Positions 27,610 through 35,760 of a stretch of DNA of 64,000 nt are shown one piece after another. Source of the DNA: a virus. Taxonomy: Duplodnaviria; Caudoviricetes. The notes below the pieces were generated by a model. It was not told the DNA's origin. It was given only the letters and a program-made list of their open reading frames with translations, and did no database searches. Numbering within the stretch: the first letter of the stretch is position 1; each line of letters opens with the position of its first letter. The translations under genes were made by a program, and so were the position numbers. The stretch lies in the IMG/VR virus record IMGVR_UViG_3300010275_000472, positions 6,276 through 70,275 of that record; one strand, written 5' to 3'.

Positions 27610-27728
27610 CAAACGCAAAGAACCCCTCAGCTGTTTCCAGCCAAGGGGTTCTCTGCTCTGCTGTCTGTCCAAAAGAAAAGCAGGAGGTTCTATCATGGAA
27701 TGCCTTGCCAATCCCGTCGCGTCTCCGC
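27610..27728 (-). ncRNA. Candidate antisense RNA over the integrase leader
   Basis: TTGCAG-17-TACAAT on - strand (27735-27763); terminal hairpin 27619-27652 pairs fully (G-U) only on - strand. Confidence 0.55.
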
Positions 27729-27805
27729 TTTTCTATTGTAAATCCAATATGATCCTTCTGCAACCCAGAATTTTTTCAGAGGAGGTGTGTACTCATGGCA
27801 AATAA
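27695..27805 (+). CDS. Candidate 36-aa leader ORF overlapping integrase start
   Basis: AGGAGG RBS at 27682-27687; MECLANPVASPLFYCKSNMILLQPRIFSEEVCTHGK; stop lies 11 nt into int. Confidence 0.45.
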   Translation: MECLANPVASPLFYCKSNMILLQPRIFSEEVCTHGK

Positions 27806-28928
27806 AAAAGGTTCCGATGGCCGTTACCGCTACCGTGTCTGCATCGGCAAAGATGAAACCGGTAAGCCCAAATACAAAAGCTTTTACGGCACCACCGCAA
27901 GAGCAGCGCGTGCTGCTGCCGAAGCTTACCGCGCAGCACTGGGCAAAGGAATGGATCCCGCCCAATCCGAAGCCACCCTTGCCACTCTATACGATAACCT
28001 GATCGCTGCCAAAACAGCCAAAGGCATCGGGCAAAAGAGTCTCGACCGCTATGAAGACAATAAAAACCATTGGGGTCCGCTTCTGGATCAGCCTGCAGCA
28101 GACCTTCGCACTGCCGACTTCCAGCGGATCCTTAACTCTCTGGCCCAGTGGCACAATGGCAAACCACCGCTGTCCCACTTCACGCTGTCCAATCTGCGCA
28201 GCAGCGCCAAGGCTGCCTATGAACTCGCTATCCCAGAAGTGGTACAATACAATCCCATTGTTAAAACCACCTGCCCTGCCGGTGCTGATCCTGAGCACCG
28301 TGAGCCTATCACAGAGGAACAGCAGCAGTGGATCCGCGAAACGCCTCACCGCGCCCAGCGTGCTGCCATGCTGCTGCTTTACTCAGGCCTCCGCCGCGGC
28401 GAAGCTACCGCCCTCACCTGGGCCGATGTCGATTTGAAAGAAGCCACGATCACCGTTCACAGCGGTTATAATTTCAAGGATAAAAAAATCAAGGATCCCA
28501 AAACAGAAGCCGGTGTTCGGGTCGTTAATATTCCAAAGATCCTTGTGGACTATCTCAAAACTCAGCAGGACGATTGCTTGTACGTGCTGCACACTGTAAA
28601 GGGCCACCGCATGACAGAGCAGGCATGGAAAACTCTGTGGAGCAGCTACATGGCCGATCTGAATGCAAAGTACGGCTATCACGGCGAAGAAAGCAAAAAG
28701 CGCCCAGGCGGCCTGCCCATGCGCATTGAACCCTTTACACCTCACCAGCTGCGGCACACCTTTTGTACCCTGATGTACTTTGCCGGGGTCGATGTTCTCA
28801 CCGCCCGCGATCAGATGGGCCATAAGGATATCAGCGTCACCCTCGGCATCTACACTTCTCTTGACAAAAAATTCAAGAAAAAGAAGATCAATCGTCTGGA
28901 CTCCTATCTCAAAAAACAGACCGGCTAA
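27795..28928 (+). CDS. int: Tyrosine integrase of prophage 1
   Basis: GLRRGE (R), HQLRH, MGH, catalytic Y in LGIYTSL; N-terminal arm-binding domain. Confidence 0.95.
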   Translation: MANKKGSDGRYRYRVCIGKDETGKPKYKSFYGTTARAARAAAEAYRAALGKGMDPAQSEATLATLYDNLIAAKTAKGIGQKSLDRYEDNKNHWGPLLDQPAADLRTADFQRILNSLAQWHNGKPPLSHFTLSNLRSSAKAAYELAIPEVVQYNPIVKTTCPAGADPEHREPITEEQQQWIRETPHRAQRAAMLLLYSGLRRGEATALTWADVDLKEATITVHSGYNFKDKKIKDPKTEAGVRVVNIPKILVDYLKTQQDDCLYVLHTVKGHRMTEQAWKTLWSSYMADLNAKYGYHGEESKKRPGGLPMRIEPFTPHQLRHTFCTLMYFAGVDVLTARDQMGHKDISVTLGIYTSLDKKFKKKKINRLDSYLKKQTG

Positions 28929-28933
28929 TTTGC

Positions 28934-28953
28934 AGTGGCGCAAAAGTGGCGCA
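28934..28953. repeat. Tandem arm-type integrase sites
   Basis: AGTGGCGCA at 28934 and 28945. Confidence 0.6.
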
Positions 28954-29006
28954 CATCGTTTGTATTTTTATCGTATTCATGTGTTTTAATCTCAATTCCT
29001 CGCCCG

Positions 29007-29051
29007 CTCGTAATGAGCAGGTCGCCTGTTCGAATCAGGTCAGTAGCTCCA
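29007..29051 (+). tRNA. 3' half of tRNA-Thr(CGT) = att core of prophage 1
   Basis: CT-CGT-AA loop, TGAGC, AGGTC, T-arm GCCTG-TTCGAAT-CAGGT, CAGTAGC-T-CCA; 5' half absent. Confidence 0.88.
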
Positions 29052-29100
29052 AAAATCCTACGGATTTGCGTTGAAATTCGCAATGTCCGTAGGATTTTTT
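29051..29100 (+). terminator. tRNA-Thr terminator
   Basis: AAAAATCCTACGGA / TCCGTAGGATTTTT inverted repeat. Confidence 0.85.
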
Positions 29101-29170
29101 GTTTATATTTTGGTGTTTTCAAAAAAAAAATACAGCGCAAAACCCAACGCTGCCTGCAAAATGGTGCAAA

Positions 29171-29211
29171 GAAAAAGCACGCCGGTTCTGAACGAACCAA
29201 CGTGCTTTTTC
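29171..29211 (-). terminator. Terminator of the convergent tRNA
   Basis: GAAAAAGCACG / CGTGCTTTTTC inverted repeat. Confidence 0.8.
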
Positions 29212-29216
29212 TCTTA

Positions 29217-29237
29217 TGCGGGTAGTGGGGGTCGAAC
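29217..29237 (-). tRNA. 3' end of a tRNA (probably Leu) = att core of prophage 2
   Basis: - strand GTTCGACCCCCACTACCCGCA = T-loop, T-stem, acceptor strand TACCCGC and discriminator A. Confidence 0.75.
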
Positions 29238-29351
29238 AATTAAATTTGATATTTCCACATCAAAAACGCATCATAAACTCACAAAAGAACAAAGATATGA
29301 TGCGGCGGCGTTGGTTTGCATCCAATTCACTTTTTGCCATTTAGAAAAAAG

Positions 29352-29372
29352 AGTGTTACCAAAAGTGTTACC
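29352..29372. repeat. Tandem arm-type integrase sites
   Basis: AGTGTTACC at 29352 and 29364. Confidence 0.6.
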
Positions 29373-29377
29373 GTGAA

Positions 29378-30511
29378 TCACCCTTGAGCCTTCCTGAATG
29401 CAGCGGTGGTCGCAGCCGCCAAATCTTCACGCTGGCCGTCCAGCTCGTGGCGGTATACACCGGATGTGTCCATGTTCTTGCTGTGGCCTACAAGCATCTT
29501 CAGCTGGCTGTCGGTCAGCACGCCGGATTCGACGCTGACGAACGTGTGCCGCATCTCATACAGCGTAACCTGTGGCTCAATCCCGTTATCCTTCTGGTAC
29601 TTCTTCCAGCGCTTGAATAAAGCCCTCTGGTTCGGGATCTGGAACAAAGGGGTGGTATAGTTCAGCGGGATACCGGAAGCCTTCAATAAGGCCGTCTGCG
29701 CTTCGTATGCCTCACGGGCTTCCTTTCCCATGTCGAACGAACGAATAGCGTTTTCATTCTTTCCGGTGGTTTCTTCATCCATCCGGTTGATGCTGCGGCG
29801 CAGATTGACGGTGTTACCCTTAACGTCACCACACAGCACCCCTACCAGCTCTCCCGGACGCACACCTGTAGCCACCGCAAAACGATAGGCATAAATATAT
29901 TCGTCAAAGACTCGCTTTCCATAGTAAAGGCGGCTATCCACGTCATACAGGATCTTCAATGCCGATGGCTGTAAAATATTCTTCTTTCCCATCCGGGCAT
30001 TCTTCGGGATCGACAGCTCAGGAAACAGGGCGCTGTACTTGTTCCGGCGGCACCATTTCACAAAGCTGATCTCTGTTGAGCGGATCGTTATAAGGGTTTT
30101 GCGGCTCAGAGGTTTGTCACTCGTGCGCTTTCCTCCCTTTTTGAGGCAGCGCTTTTTGAAAGACATGTCAATTGCCTTTTGCAGATCGCCCTCGGTCAGC
30201 TCGTCAATGCGGATGTTCCCGCACACCGGGAGAATGTAGTATTCGCCGTATTTGCTGCACTGGATCACATAGGATGTCCCGCAGGTCAGCTTCAGCTCTT
30301 CCACCCACTCGGCATAGAGGGCGGCTACCTTCTTCCTGCCGTCCCGGATGCTGTCATCAAGCCATGCATCCGCTTTTGCGTTTGCTTCCCGCTGACCGGT
30401 GCGGCCCGGCGTGCTGCTGTAAAAGCGCTTGCGAGTTCCGTTCTTTTGCACCGCGATGCACCAGCGCTTTTCCTTCTCTACCCAAAATGCCGTGTTGACC
30501 CGTTTTTTCAT
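29378..30511 (-). CDS. int: Tyrosine integrase of prophage 2
   Basis: GVRPGEL, YEMRH, VGHS, GVYRH; GGAGGT RBS before MKKRVN at 30511. Confidence 0.93.
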   Translation of the reverse strand: MKKRVNTAFWVEKEKRWCIAVQKNGTRKRFYSSTPGRTGQREANAKADAWLDDSIRDGRKKVAALYAEWVEELKLTCGTSYVIQCSKYGEYYILPVCGNIRIDELTEGDLQKAIDMSFKKRCLKKGGKRTSDKPLSRKTLITIRSTEISFVKWCRRNKYSALFPELSIPKNARMGKKNILQPSALKILYDVDSRLYYGKRVFDEYIYAYRFAVATGVRPGELVGVLCGDVKGNTVNLRRSINRMDEETTGKNENAIRSFDMGKEAREAYEAQTALLKASGIPLNYTTPLFQIPNQRALFKRWKKYQKDNGIEPQVTLYEMRHTFVSVESGVLTDSQLKMLVGHSKNMDTSGVYRHELDGQREDLAAATTAAFRKAQG

Positions 30512-30582
30512 AAAATCCACCTCCATACACAAGGGTACACTTTGACAAGCCTGCCCGGAGGTGGTACAATACAAGTGTTCAT
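30508..30582 (-). CDS. Candidate 24-aa leader ORF, ATGA-coupled to integrase
   Basis: MNTCIVPPPGRLVKVYPCVWRWIL, stop overlaps int ATG; GAGGG 11 nt upstream. Confidence 0.35.
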   Translation of the reverse strand: MNTCIVPPPGRLVKVYPCVWRWIL

Positions 30583-30655
30583 GTTGGATTGTACCCTCTG
30601 GGGCAAGCCACTCTGCAAACGCTCTCGGTGTTCCAGCACCGGGGGCGTTTTTGTT
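30577..30655 (+). ncRNA. Candidate antisense RNA over the integrase leader
   Basis: Near-consensus TTGACA-17-TACAAT with TG extension (30542-30570); 14-bp hairpin 30617-30650 with G-U pairs only on + strand, plus U-tail. Confidence 0.65.
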
Positions 30656-30717
30656 TTTATTGAGCTGTTGCAGATTTTGCAACGGCTGGAAGCAATGTGC
30701 AAAATTTGCACATTGCT

Positions 30718-31722
30718 TTACTCCTTCAGATCCTTCACTGCCCTATCAAAGTCCGACACGATCTTCTGCGTAGGATTGAACAGGTCATACTCAGCTTCTG
30801 CCTTTTCTCTGGCCTGCCGGGCAGATATCTTGCCCTTGTCTGGCAGGATGTCATACCGCCGGAAGGACAGAAACTCGTTGATACTGGCGGCAAACTGTTC
30901 CATGGTGAAGGTATTTTCCCGCTCGATCAGGTCCTCGATATAGTCAAAGTAGCCCGACACGGTACGCTCCAGCTGGCGGATCTGTTTCTCGGACAGGTAG
31001 TTCTTTGCCACCGACACATCCGACTTGAGTACACGGCCTTCGGGGGCATTCTTCCATGTGGTCAGTCCCATGTGATCCTTGGTGTGGTCAGCCTTGTTAT
31101 ACACGATCTCTGCCGCCGTCTGGCCGGTGATGGCGTAATGGAACTTGTTCTGCACCATGGCATAGAAGTCCTTGGTCACCGGTGAATTGCGGTCATAGTC
31201 AATACTGCACTCGGCAAAGATATCCGTCACCTGCTGCCAGATGCGGCGCTCGCTGGCACGGATGGAGCGGACGCGCTCAAGCAGCTCGCGGAAATAATCC
31301 TTGCCAAAGGCATCCTTGCCTTGCTTTAAGCGTTCATCATCCAGCACAAAGCCTTTGGTCATATACTCTTTGAGAATGCCGGTCGCCCAGATACGGAAGT
31401 GTGTGGCCCGGCGGGAGTTGACACGGTAGCCCACGGAGATGATGGCATCGAGATTATAGAAGTTGGTTTCCTGTGTTTGCGTTTTGTCTTCAAGCGCACC
31501 GTGGTGAGTGGTTGTTTCCATTTTGGAAACAACCACTTTTTCGTCAAGCTCACCTTCTTCAAAAATCTTCTTCAGATGTTTGCTGATTGCAGGCTTTTGT
31601 ACACCAAACAGTTCTGCCATACCCTGCTGGGACAGCCAGATGCTCTCATCCTTCACAATTGCATCAACGGAAACATCCTCTTCCGCTGAGCGGTATATCA
31701 AAAACTGAAAGTTGTTTTCCAT
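30718..31722 (-). CDS. rhuM: RhuM-family DNA-binding protein
   Basis: IWLSQQGMAELF, YNLDAIISVGYRVNSRRATHFRIWAT, KGFVLDDERLK, RVRSIRASE. Confidence 0.9.
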   Translation of the reverse strand: MENNFQFLIYRSAEEDVSVDAIVKDESIWLSQQGMAELFGVQKPAISKHLKKIFEEGELDEKVVVSKMETTTHHGALEDKTQTQETNFYNLDAIISVGYRVNSRRATHFRIWATGILKEYMTKGFVLDDERLKQGKDAFGKDYFRELLERVRSIRASERRIWQQVTDIFAECSIDYDRNSPVTKDFYAMVQNKFHYAITGQTAAEIVYNKADHTKDHMGLTTWKNAPEGRVLKSDVSVAKNYLSEKQIRQLERTVSGYFDYIEDLIERENTFTMEQFAASINEFLSFRRYDILPDKGKISARQAREKAEAEYDLFNPTQKIVSDFDRAVKDLKE

Positions 31723-31769
31723 CTCTTCTCCTTCCCTGCCCGTCCATGTTCCAGCATGGGCGGGATTTT

Positions 31770-32603
31770 TTATTTTTGAGCCAGATCAAACAGATATGCG
31801 CTTGCTTCACCAAGCTCTGACTTCTGGCCGTCTGTCATGTAAGGCAAATACGGTTCAAATGCCTGATGATATTTTTCGGCCCAGTTCTGTTTTGCTTTTG
31901 CTGTTTTCAGGCCCTCGATTTTTGCCTGATACTTTTCTTCCGTTCGATGAATGATTTCCTTTACAGCATCATCCCGGAAGCTAAGGCTGCGATACTTCTT
32001 CAAATCAGCTGTGGCGCTTACCGGTGCACCGTACTTTTTACACTTTTCGAGTTCCATCAAGCGTCCAACGCAAAAATCATATCTTGTAAAAAAAGTGGCA
32101 GGTTCCGTGGTCGTCTGAAGGATTTTTGCGCTTTCCTGAGCCTGTTTCAGAAATTGTGGAGCCAAAACCTTTGCATTCGAGCGAGAATCAACAAGGCCAG
32201 TCTGCCCCATCCATTCGGGATTTGGAATATAAAACTGTTCCTCCCCGTCAAGCTCGTCTTCCTGTTCAATCCCTGCTAACCCATCCTTTATGCCTTTGAC
32301 TGTTCCATACATAATACTGAATACAGCCAGCGCGGCCCAAAAACCTACAATGCCGCAAAAGAACGACACTCCAATGCCACAGCTCGCGGAAGCAATAAAA
32401 AAGGCCAGCAAGCCAACTGCAAGGCTTATAAATACATATTTTGCGGGAAATTTGATTTTTGCAGGCTGGTTCCGGATACTTCCTGCAGCCTTCCCGACAG
32501 CTCCAGCTCCACGAAAAGCGGCATCAATGCCTTTATTCAGGCTCTTGTTGCCTGAACGCTTTCTATGCCACTCTTTACGGCCATAAGGTGACGATCTCCC
32601 CAT
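31770..32603 (-). CDS. AT-rich membrane-anchored hypothetical protein
   Basis: Two TM segments then a soluble helical domain; GGAGG RBS before MGRSS. Confidence 0.75.
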   Translation of the reverse strand: MGRSSPYGRKEWHRKRSGNKSLNKGIDAAFRGAGAVGKAAGSIRNQPAKIKFPAKYVFISLAVGLLAFFIASASCGIGVSFFCGIVGFWAALAVFSIMYGTVKGIKDGLAGIEQEDELDGEEQFYIPNPEWMGQTGLVDSRSNAKVLAPQFLKQAQESAKILQTTTEPATFFTRYDFCVGRLMELEKCKKYGAPVSATADLKKYRSLSFRDDAVKEIIHRTEEKYQAKIEGLKTAKAKQNWAEKYHQAFEPYLPYMTDGQKSELGEASAYLFDLAQK

Positions 32604-32619
32604 GATATTTCCTCCTGCT

Positions 32620-33249
32620 TCAGATATCCCGGCAGAGCCCCACGGCCTTGCCTTCAATGACAACGGTGTTCATTTCCTCTTTGGTGAGGATGATGCTCTC
32701 AAACGCCGGGTTTTCCGGGCGGAGCTCTATAAAGTTTTCGTGGAGATACACATGCTTCAGGGTAGCTTCCTCGCCGATGCGCACCGCTGCGATTTCTCCC
32801 TGCTCCACCTCCGGTTGGCTGCGAATCGCCACCAGATCACCGTCGTGGATGCGGGGCTCCATGCTGTCGCCCTTGCAGGTCAGCGTAAAGGTGGAGTGCC
32901 AGCGGGAAGGCACACAAACCATTTGCTCTACATTCTCTTCCGCCGTGATGGGCGTCCCGCAGGCGATCCGGCCTACCAGCGGCACCCAATCCATCTCCGG
33001 CATAGGCTGGAAGCCCGGCGGGATGGTGGGCTTCTTGGGCTCCGGCTGTTCTTCCCAGCCCATCAGGTAGGCGGGGGTGGTCTGCAATATCTTTGCAAGT
33101 TCCGCAAAGATATCCACAGGGACTTTTTCAATATCGCCCTTTTCATATCTATAGATCGTAGCCGGAGAAACGCCAAGACGCTCAGCAACCTTTTCTGCCG
33201 ACAATCCAATCTCTTTTCTGCGTTGCTTCATTCTTTCACCGGTGGTCAT
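32620..33249 (-). CDS. CI/LexA-type repressor with S24 peptidase
   Basis: HTH; cleavage site IACG; catalytic GDSM and TLK motifs. Confidence 0.92.
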   Translation of the reverse strand: MTTGERMKQRRKEIGLSAEKVAERLGVSPATIYRYEKGDIEKVPVDIFAELAKILQTTPAYLMGWEEQPEPKKPTIPPGFQPMPEMDWVPLVGRIACGTPITAEENVEQMVCVPSRWHSTFTLTCKGDSMEPRIHDGDLVAIRSQPEVEQGEIAAVRIGEEATLKHVYLHENFIELRPENPAFESIILTKEEMNTVVIEGKAVGLCRDI

Positions 33250-33284
33250 TTTTATCACCTCTTGATATGAGAATACACGAAAAG

Positions 33285-33403
33285 TCGCAAAATTGCAATA
33301 GTTAAATGCAATTTCAAGAAATTATTTTGCAAAAATGCGAGCATTCTATTGACTTTCATTTCTGCGAGTGCTATCCTATGTGCAGAAGCTCGCATAATTG
33401 CGA
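33285..33403. promoter_or_regulatory. Prophage 2 switch: operators T(C/T)GCA-N4-TGC(G/A)A and cro promoter
   Basis: Copies at 33285, 33327, 33390, plus one after cro at 33641; TTGACT-17-TATCCT (33349-33377). Confidence 0.8.
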
Positions 33404-33427
33404 GAATGTAAAGGAGGTGAAGAAGCA

Positions 33428-33637
33428 ATGTCTACCAACATGAATCTGCTGCGTGGAAAGCTTAAAGAGCGCAGCATGACCCAGCAGGAACTTGCGCATA
33501 AAATCGGCATGGATTCTAGTACTTTATCGCGAAAACTTGCATCGGACGGACTGAAATTCACGGTCGGTGAGATGCACGATATCGCGGCAACATTGAATCT
33601 GACCGCTAACGAGTGCAAATCTATTTTTTTGCTGTGA
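33428..33637 (+). CDS. Cro-like HTH protein
   Basis: LRGKLKERSMTQQELAHKIGMDSSTLSRKL; AAGGAGGTG RBS. Confidence 0.85.
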   Translation: MSTNMNLLRGKLKERSMTQQELAHKIGMDSSTLSRKLASDGLKFTVGEMHDIAATLNLTANECKSIFLL

Positions 33638-33678
33638 AACTCGCATTTTTGCAAGTTTGTCCAAAGGAGGTGAAGAAG

Positions 33679-33771
33679 ATGACGCAAAACGAACTCACTC
33701 AAGTGCTTCTGTGTGCGAGTCTGGTTCTCGGCATTGTGACAGCATTCCAGCGTTGGAAAAATCACTGGTAA
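33679..33771 (+). CDS. 30-aa hydrophobic peptide (not in ORF track)
   Basis: AAAGGAGGTG RBS; MTQNELTQVLLCASLVLGIVTAFQRWKNHW. Confidence 0.65.
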   Translation: MTQNELTQVLLCASLVLGIVTAFQRWKNHW

Positions 33772-34273
33772 AAGTTTTTGTGATGATTCCTTTATTGCTG
33801 AAAACTTTCAGCTTATAGGGCGCATTCTCTGCAATGTGTTTTGTGCTCCCAGTTGAAGATAAGACCATGTGCTCATATCCGAGGCCTTCAACTTTAATCG
33901 GGAAAATATCGGAATACCACTCTGACCGACTTACTTCTTTGTTCCCGTGCTTCCGGCTGTTTGTCAGAAGCTTCAGACGATACTCGCCGAATACGCACTC
34001 ACCCAGTTCAGAAGAAAGTTCGAGTCGGCTCAAGGTAATTGCTTCTCTGGACTTATTGATAAAGCAGATATTGAGGACCTCTGTGTATTCCTTTTCAGGA
34101 CTGGGCCCCAAACAGAAAACGTTCTGAACTTCGACGATGAGATTTTTTCGATTTTTGATCTTATCCGATGCAAAGTTCCAGATCGACAAAGCAAAACTGG
34201 CTACTGCGATTAAGAACGTCACATTATCCCGCACATTCAGCCACTCAACTATTTTGTTCCACATATCATGCAC
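33695..34273 (-). CDS. Reverse-oriented moron, N-terminal TM plus beta-rich domain
   Basis: AT-rich; promoter TTGTGC-17-TAAAAT just upstream. Confidence 0.8.
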   Translation of the reverse strand: MHDMWNKIVEWLNVRDNVTFLIAVASFALSIWNFASDKIKNRKNLIVEVQNVFCLGPSPEKEYTEVLNICFINKSREAITLSRLELSSELGECVFGEYRLKLLTNSRKHGNKEVSRSEWYSDIFPIKVEGLGYEHMVLSSTGSTKHIAENAPYKLKVFSNKGIITKTFTSDFSNAGMLSQCREPDSHTEALE

Positions 34274-34345
34274 ATCCTTCCTGTTTTCTCCATTTTACCG
34301 CAGGAGCGAGGTGCGCACAAGAAGGTGAACCACATGGACAACAAC

Positions 34346-34383
34346 AAAAAGCCCAGCGAACCTGCGGAAGAGGAACGCTGGGC
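34346..34383 (-). terminator. Terminator of second moron transcript
   Basis: GCCCAGCG / CGCTGGGC followed by T5 on - strand. Confidence 0.7.
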
Positions 34384-34402
34384 GCTGAAGGAGGTGAACA
34401 CG

Positions 34403-34483
34403 ATGAAGAATCCGTTAGCTGTTCAGATTCTGGCTCTGAGCATCCAGATCCTTGCACTGGTTGTCATTTTATTAAAGAAATAA
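34403..34483 (+). CDS. 26-aa hydrophobic peptide with KK tail
   Basis: AAGGAGGTG RBS; MKNPLAVQILALSIQILALVVILLKK. Confidence 0.65.
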   Translation: MKNPLAVQILALSIQILALVVILLKK

Positions 34484-34754
34484 ACATGGATGCAGCAGCA
34501 ATTAAAATCGCAATCAAATTGTAAAGCCGGTTGATTCGATCTTCTTTTGCCTGCTCACGGTCTTTTTCCTCCTGTTTTCGCTGACTCTCTTCAAACTGCT
34601 GTTGCAGCTTTTTCAGATTTTCAGCGGTACTCAGTTGAGCCGACAACTGCATCGCATGTTCTTGCGCCGCAGCGCGTGCAACTGTAGCCATCGCTTCATG
34701 GTCTCGCGCAACTGCATTAGCTGAGCATTTAACCACATCATTCAGTTCAGACAT
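34464..34754 (-). CDS. Reverse-oriented moron, coiled coil with C-terminal TM anchor
   Basis: GGGAGGTG RBS; promoter TTGTGG-17-TAGAAT upstream. Confidence 0.75.
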   Translation of the reverse strand: MSELNDVVKCSANAVARDHEAMATVARAAAQEHAMQLSAQLSTAENLKKLQQQFEESQRKQEEKDREQAKEDRINRLYNLIAILIAAASMFISLIK

Positions 34755-34826
34755 TATTTTCACCTCCCTTCTGTCTCTCTATTCTATCGCAGAAGGGAGC
34801 CACCCACAAGGAGGTACATCTTCACC

Positions 34827-35495
34827 ATGAACGACATTATCTTATCCACCCAGAACGGCGAACCGGTGGCATCCAGCCGGGACGTTGCCAAGCGCTTTGG
34901 CAAGGAGCACAAAGACGTGCTCCGCGCCATCAAGAGTATCACAGCGCAAAATTGCGCTGTGACCCAGATGTTCTACCAGAGCGAGTACACCGCAGGCACT
35001 GGCAAGAAGTACCCCATGTACCTGATGAACCGTGACGGCTTTTCCCTGCTGGCCATGGGCTTTACCGGCAAGGAAGCCGTGCAGTGGAAGCTCAAGTACA
35101 TCGAAGCCTTCAACCAGATGGAAAAGCAGCTGGCCGCGCAGCACAAAGAGCAGCAGGCCGTGCAGGATGCCAACATCCAGAACGCCATCGACCGGGTGAT
35201 CGAAGCCCGGAAGAAGCTGGACGAGAACACCGCTTTTCTGGACGAGCGCCGCAAGAACCGCGAGGACAGCAAGGCCAAGTATATGCAGGTCAAGGCCCTG
35301 TGCGGCGAGTTCAAGGCCATTTACGGCCAGCATTGCGACACGGTGCGCACCATGGAGAACGTGGTGCGCGGCTCCCAGAGCTTCCTTACCAACGCCATTG
35401 ACAGCCTGACCATCGTTGCCAAAGGCTACCCGTTCTACGCCGCCCTGATGGACAGCCTGCTGGATGGGCTGCCCGCCGAAAAGAAGGAGGAATAA
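34827..35495 (+). CDS. rha: Rha-family phage regulatory protein
   Basis: ASSRDVAKRFGKEHKDVLRAI, YLMNRDGFSLLAMGFTGKEAVQWKLKYIEAFNQME. Confidence 0.92.
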   Translation: MNDIILSTQNGEPVASSRDVAKRFGKEHKDVLRAIKSITAQNCAVTQMFYQSEYTAGTGKKYPMYLMNRDGFSLLAMGFTGKEAVQWKLKYIEAFNQMEKQLAAQHKEQQAVQDANIQNAIDRVIEARKKLDENTAFLDERRKNREDSKAKYMQVKALCGEFKAIYGQHCDTVRTMENVVRGSQSFLTNAIDSLTIVAKGYPFYAALMDSLLDGLPAEKKEE

Positions 35496-35496
35496 A

Positions 35497-35760
35497 ATGT
35501 TGAACCCATCAACCATTCGCGGCACTTTCAAGCAGATCCCATACTGGAAGCTGCGGGGACGGTTCCACAGCTGCGGCTACCGCGATCAGGAAGTGGCTGA
35601 GTACATCGGCATTGGCCGGGACACCATGAGCGGCAGGATGCAGGGGCACAACCCGTGGACAAGCACGGAGATCACTGCAATGTGTGAGCTGCTGGGTATC
35701 CGGCAGAATGAAATCGGGGAGTATTTCTTCCCGCGTGTCGAGGAAGGAGAATCCGCATGA
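35497..35760 (+). CDS. HTH protein
   Basis: DQEVAEYIGIGRDTMSGRM. Confidence 0.75.
   Translation: MLNPSTIRGTFKQIPYWKLRGRFHSCGYRDQEVAEYIGIGRDTMSGRMQGHNPWTSTEITAMCELLGIRQNEIGEYFFPRVEEGESA

Larger units (their letters stand above)
1..29051 (-). mobile_element. Prophage 1, podovirus-like temperate phage (left end outside window)
   Basis: Continuous - strand lytic operon (Rep, terminases, portal, scaffold, capsid, ejection proteins), cI/cro switch, integrase ending next to a tRNA 3' fragment (att). Confidence 0.93.

Noticed and set aside
29007-29051. Functional tRNA-Thr gene
   Set aside because: Only the 3' half is present; the upstream sequence cannot form D or acceptor arms
29121-29130. A10 homopolymer as a phase-variation switch
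   Set aside because: Lies in a noncoding spacer between two terminators with nothing evident to control
30512-30682. 57-aa N-terminal extension of integrase 2 in the ORF track
   Set aside because: A strong GGAGGT RBS precedes 30511, and the extension runs through promoter and hairpin sequence
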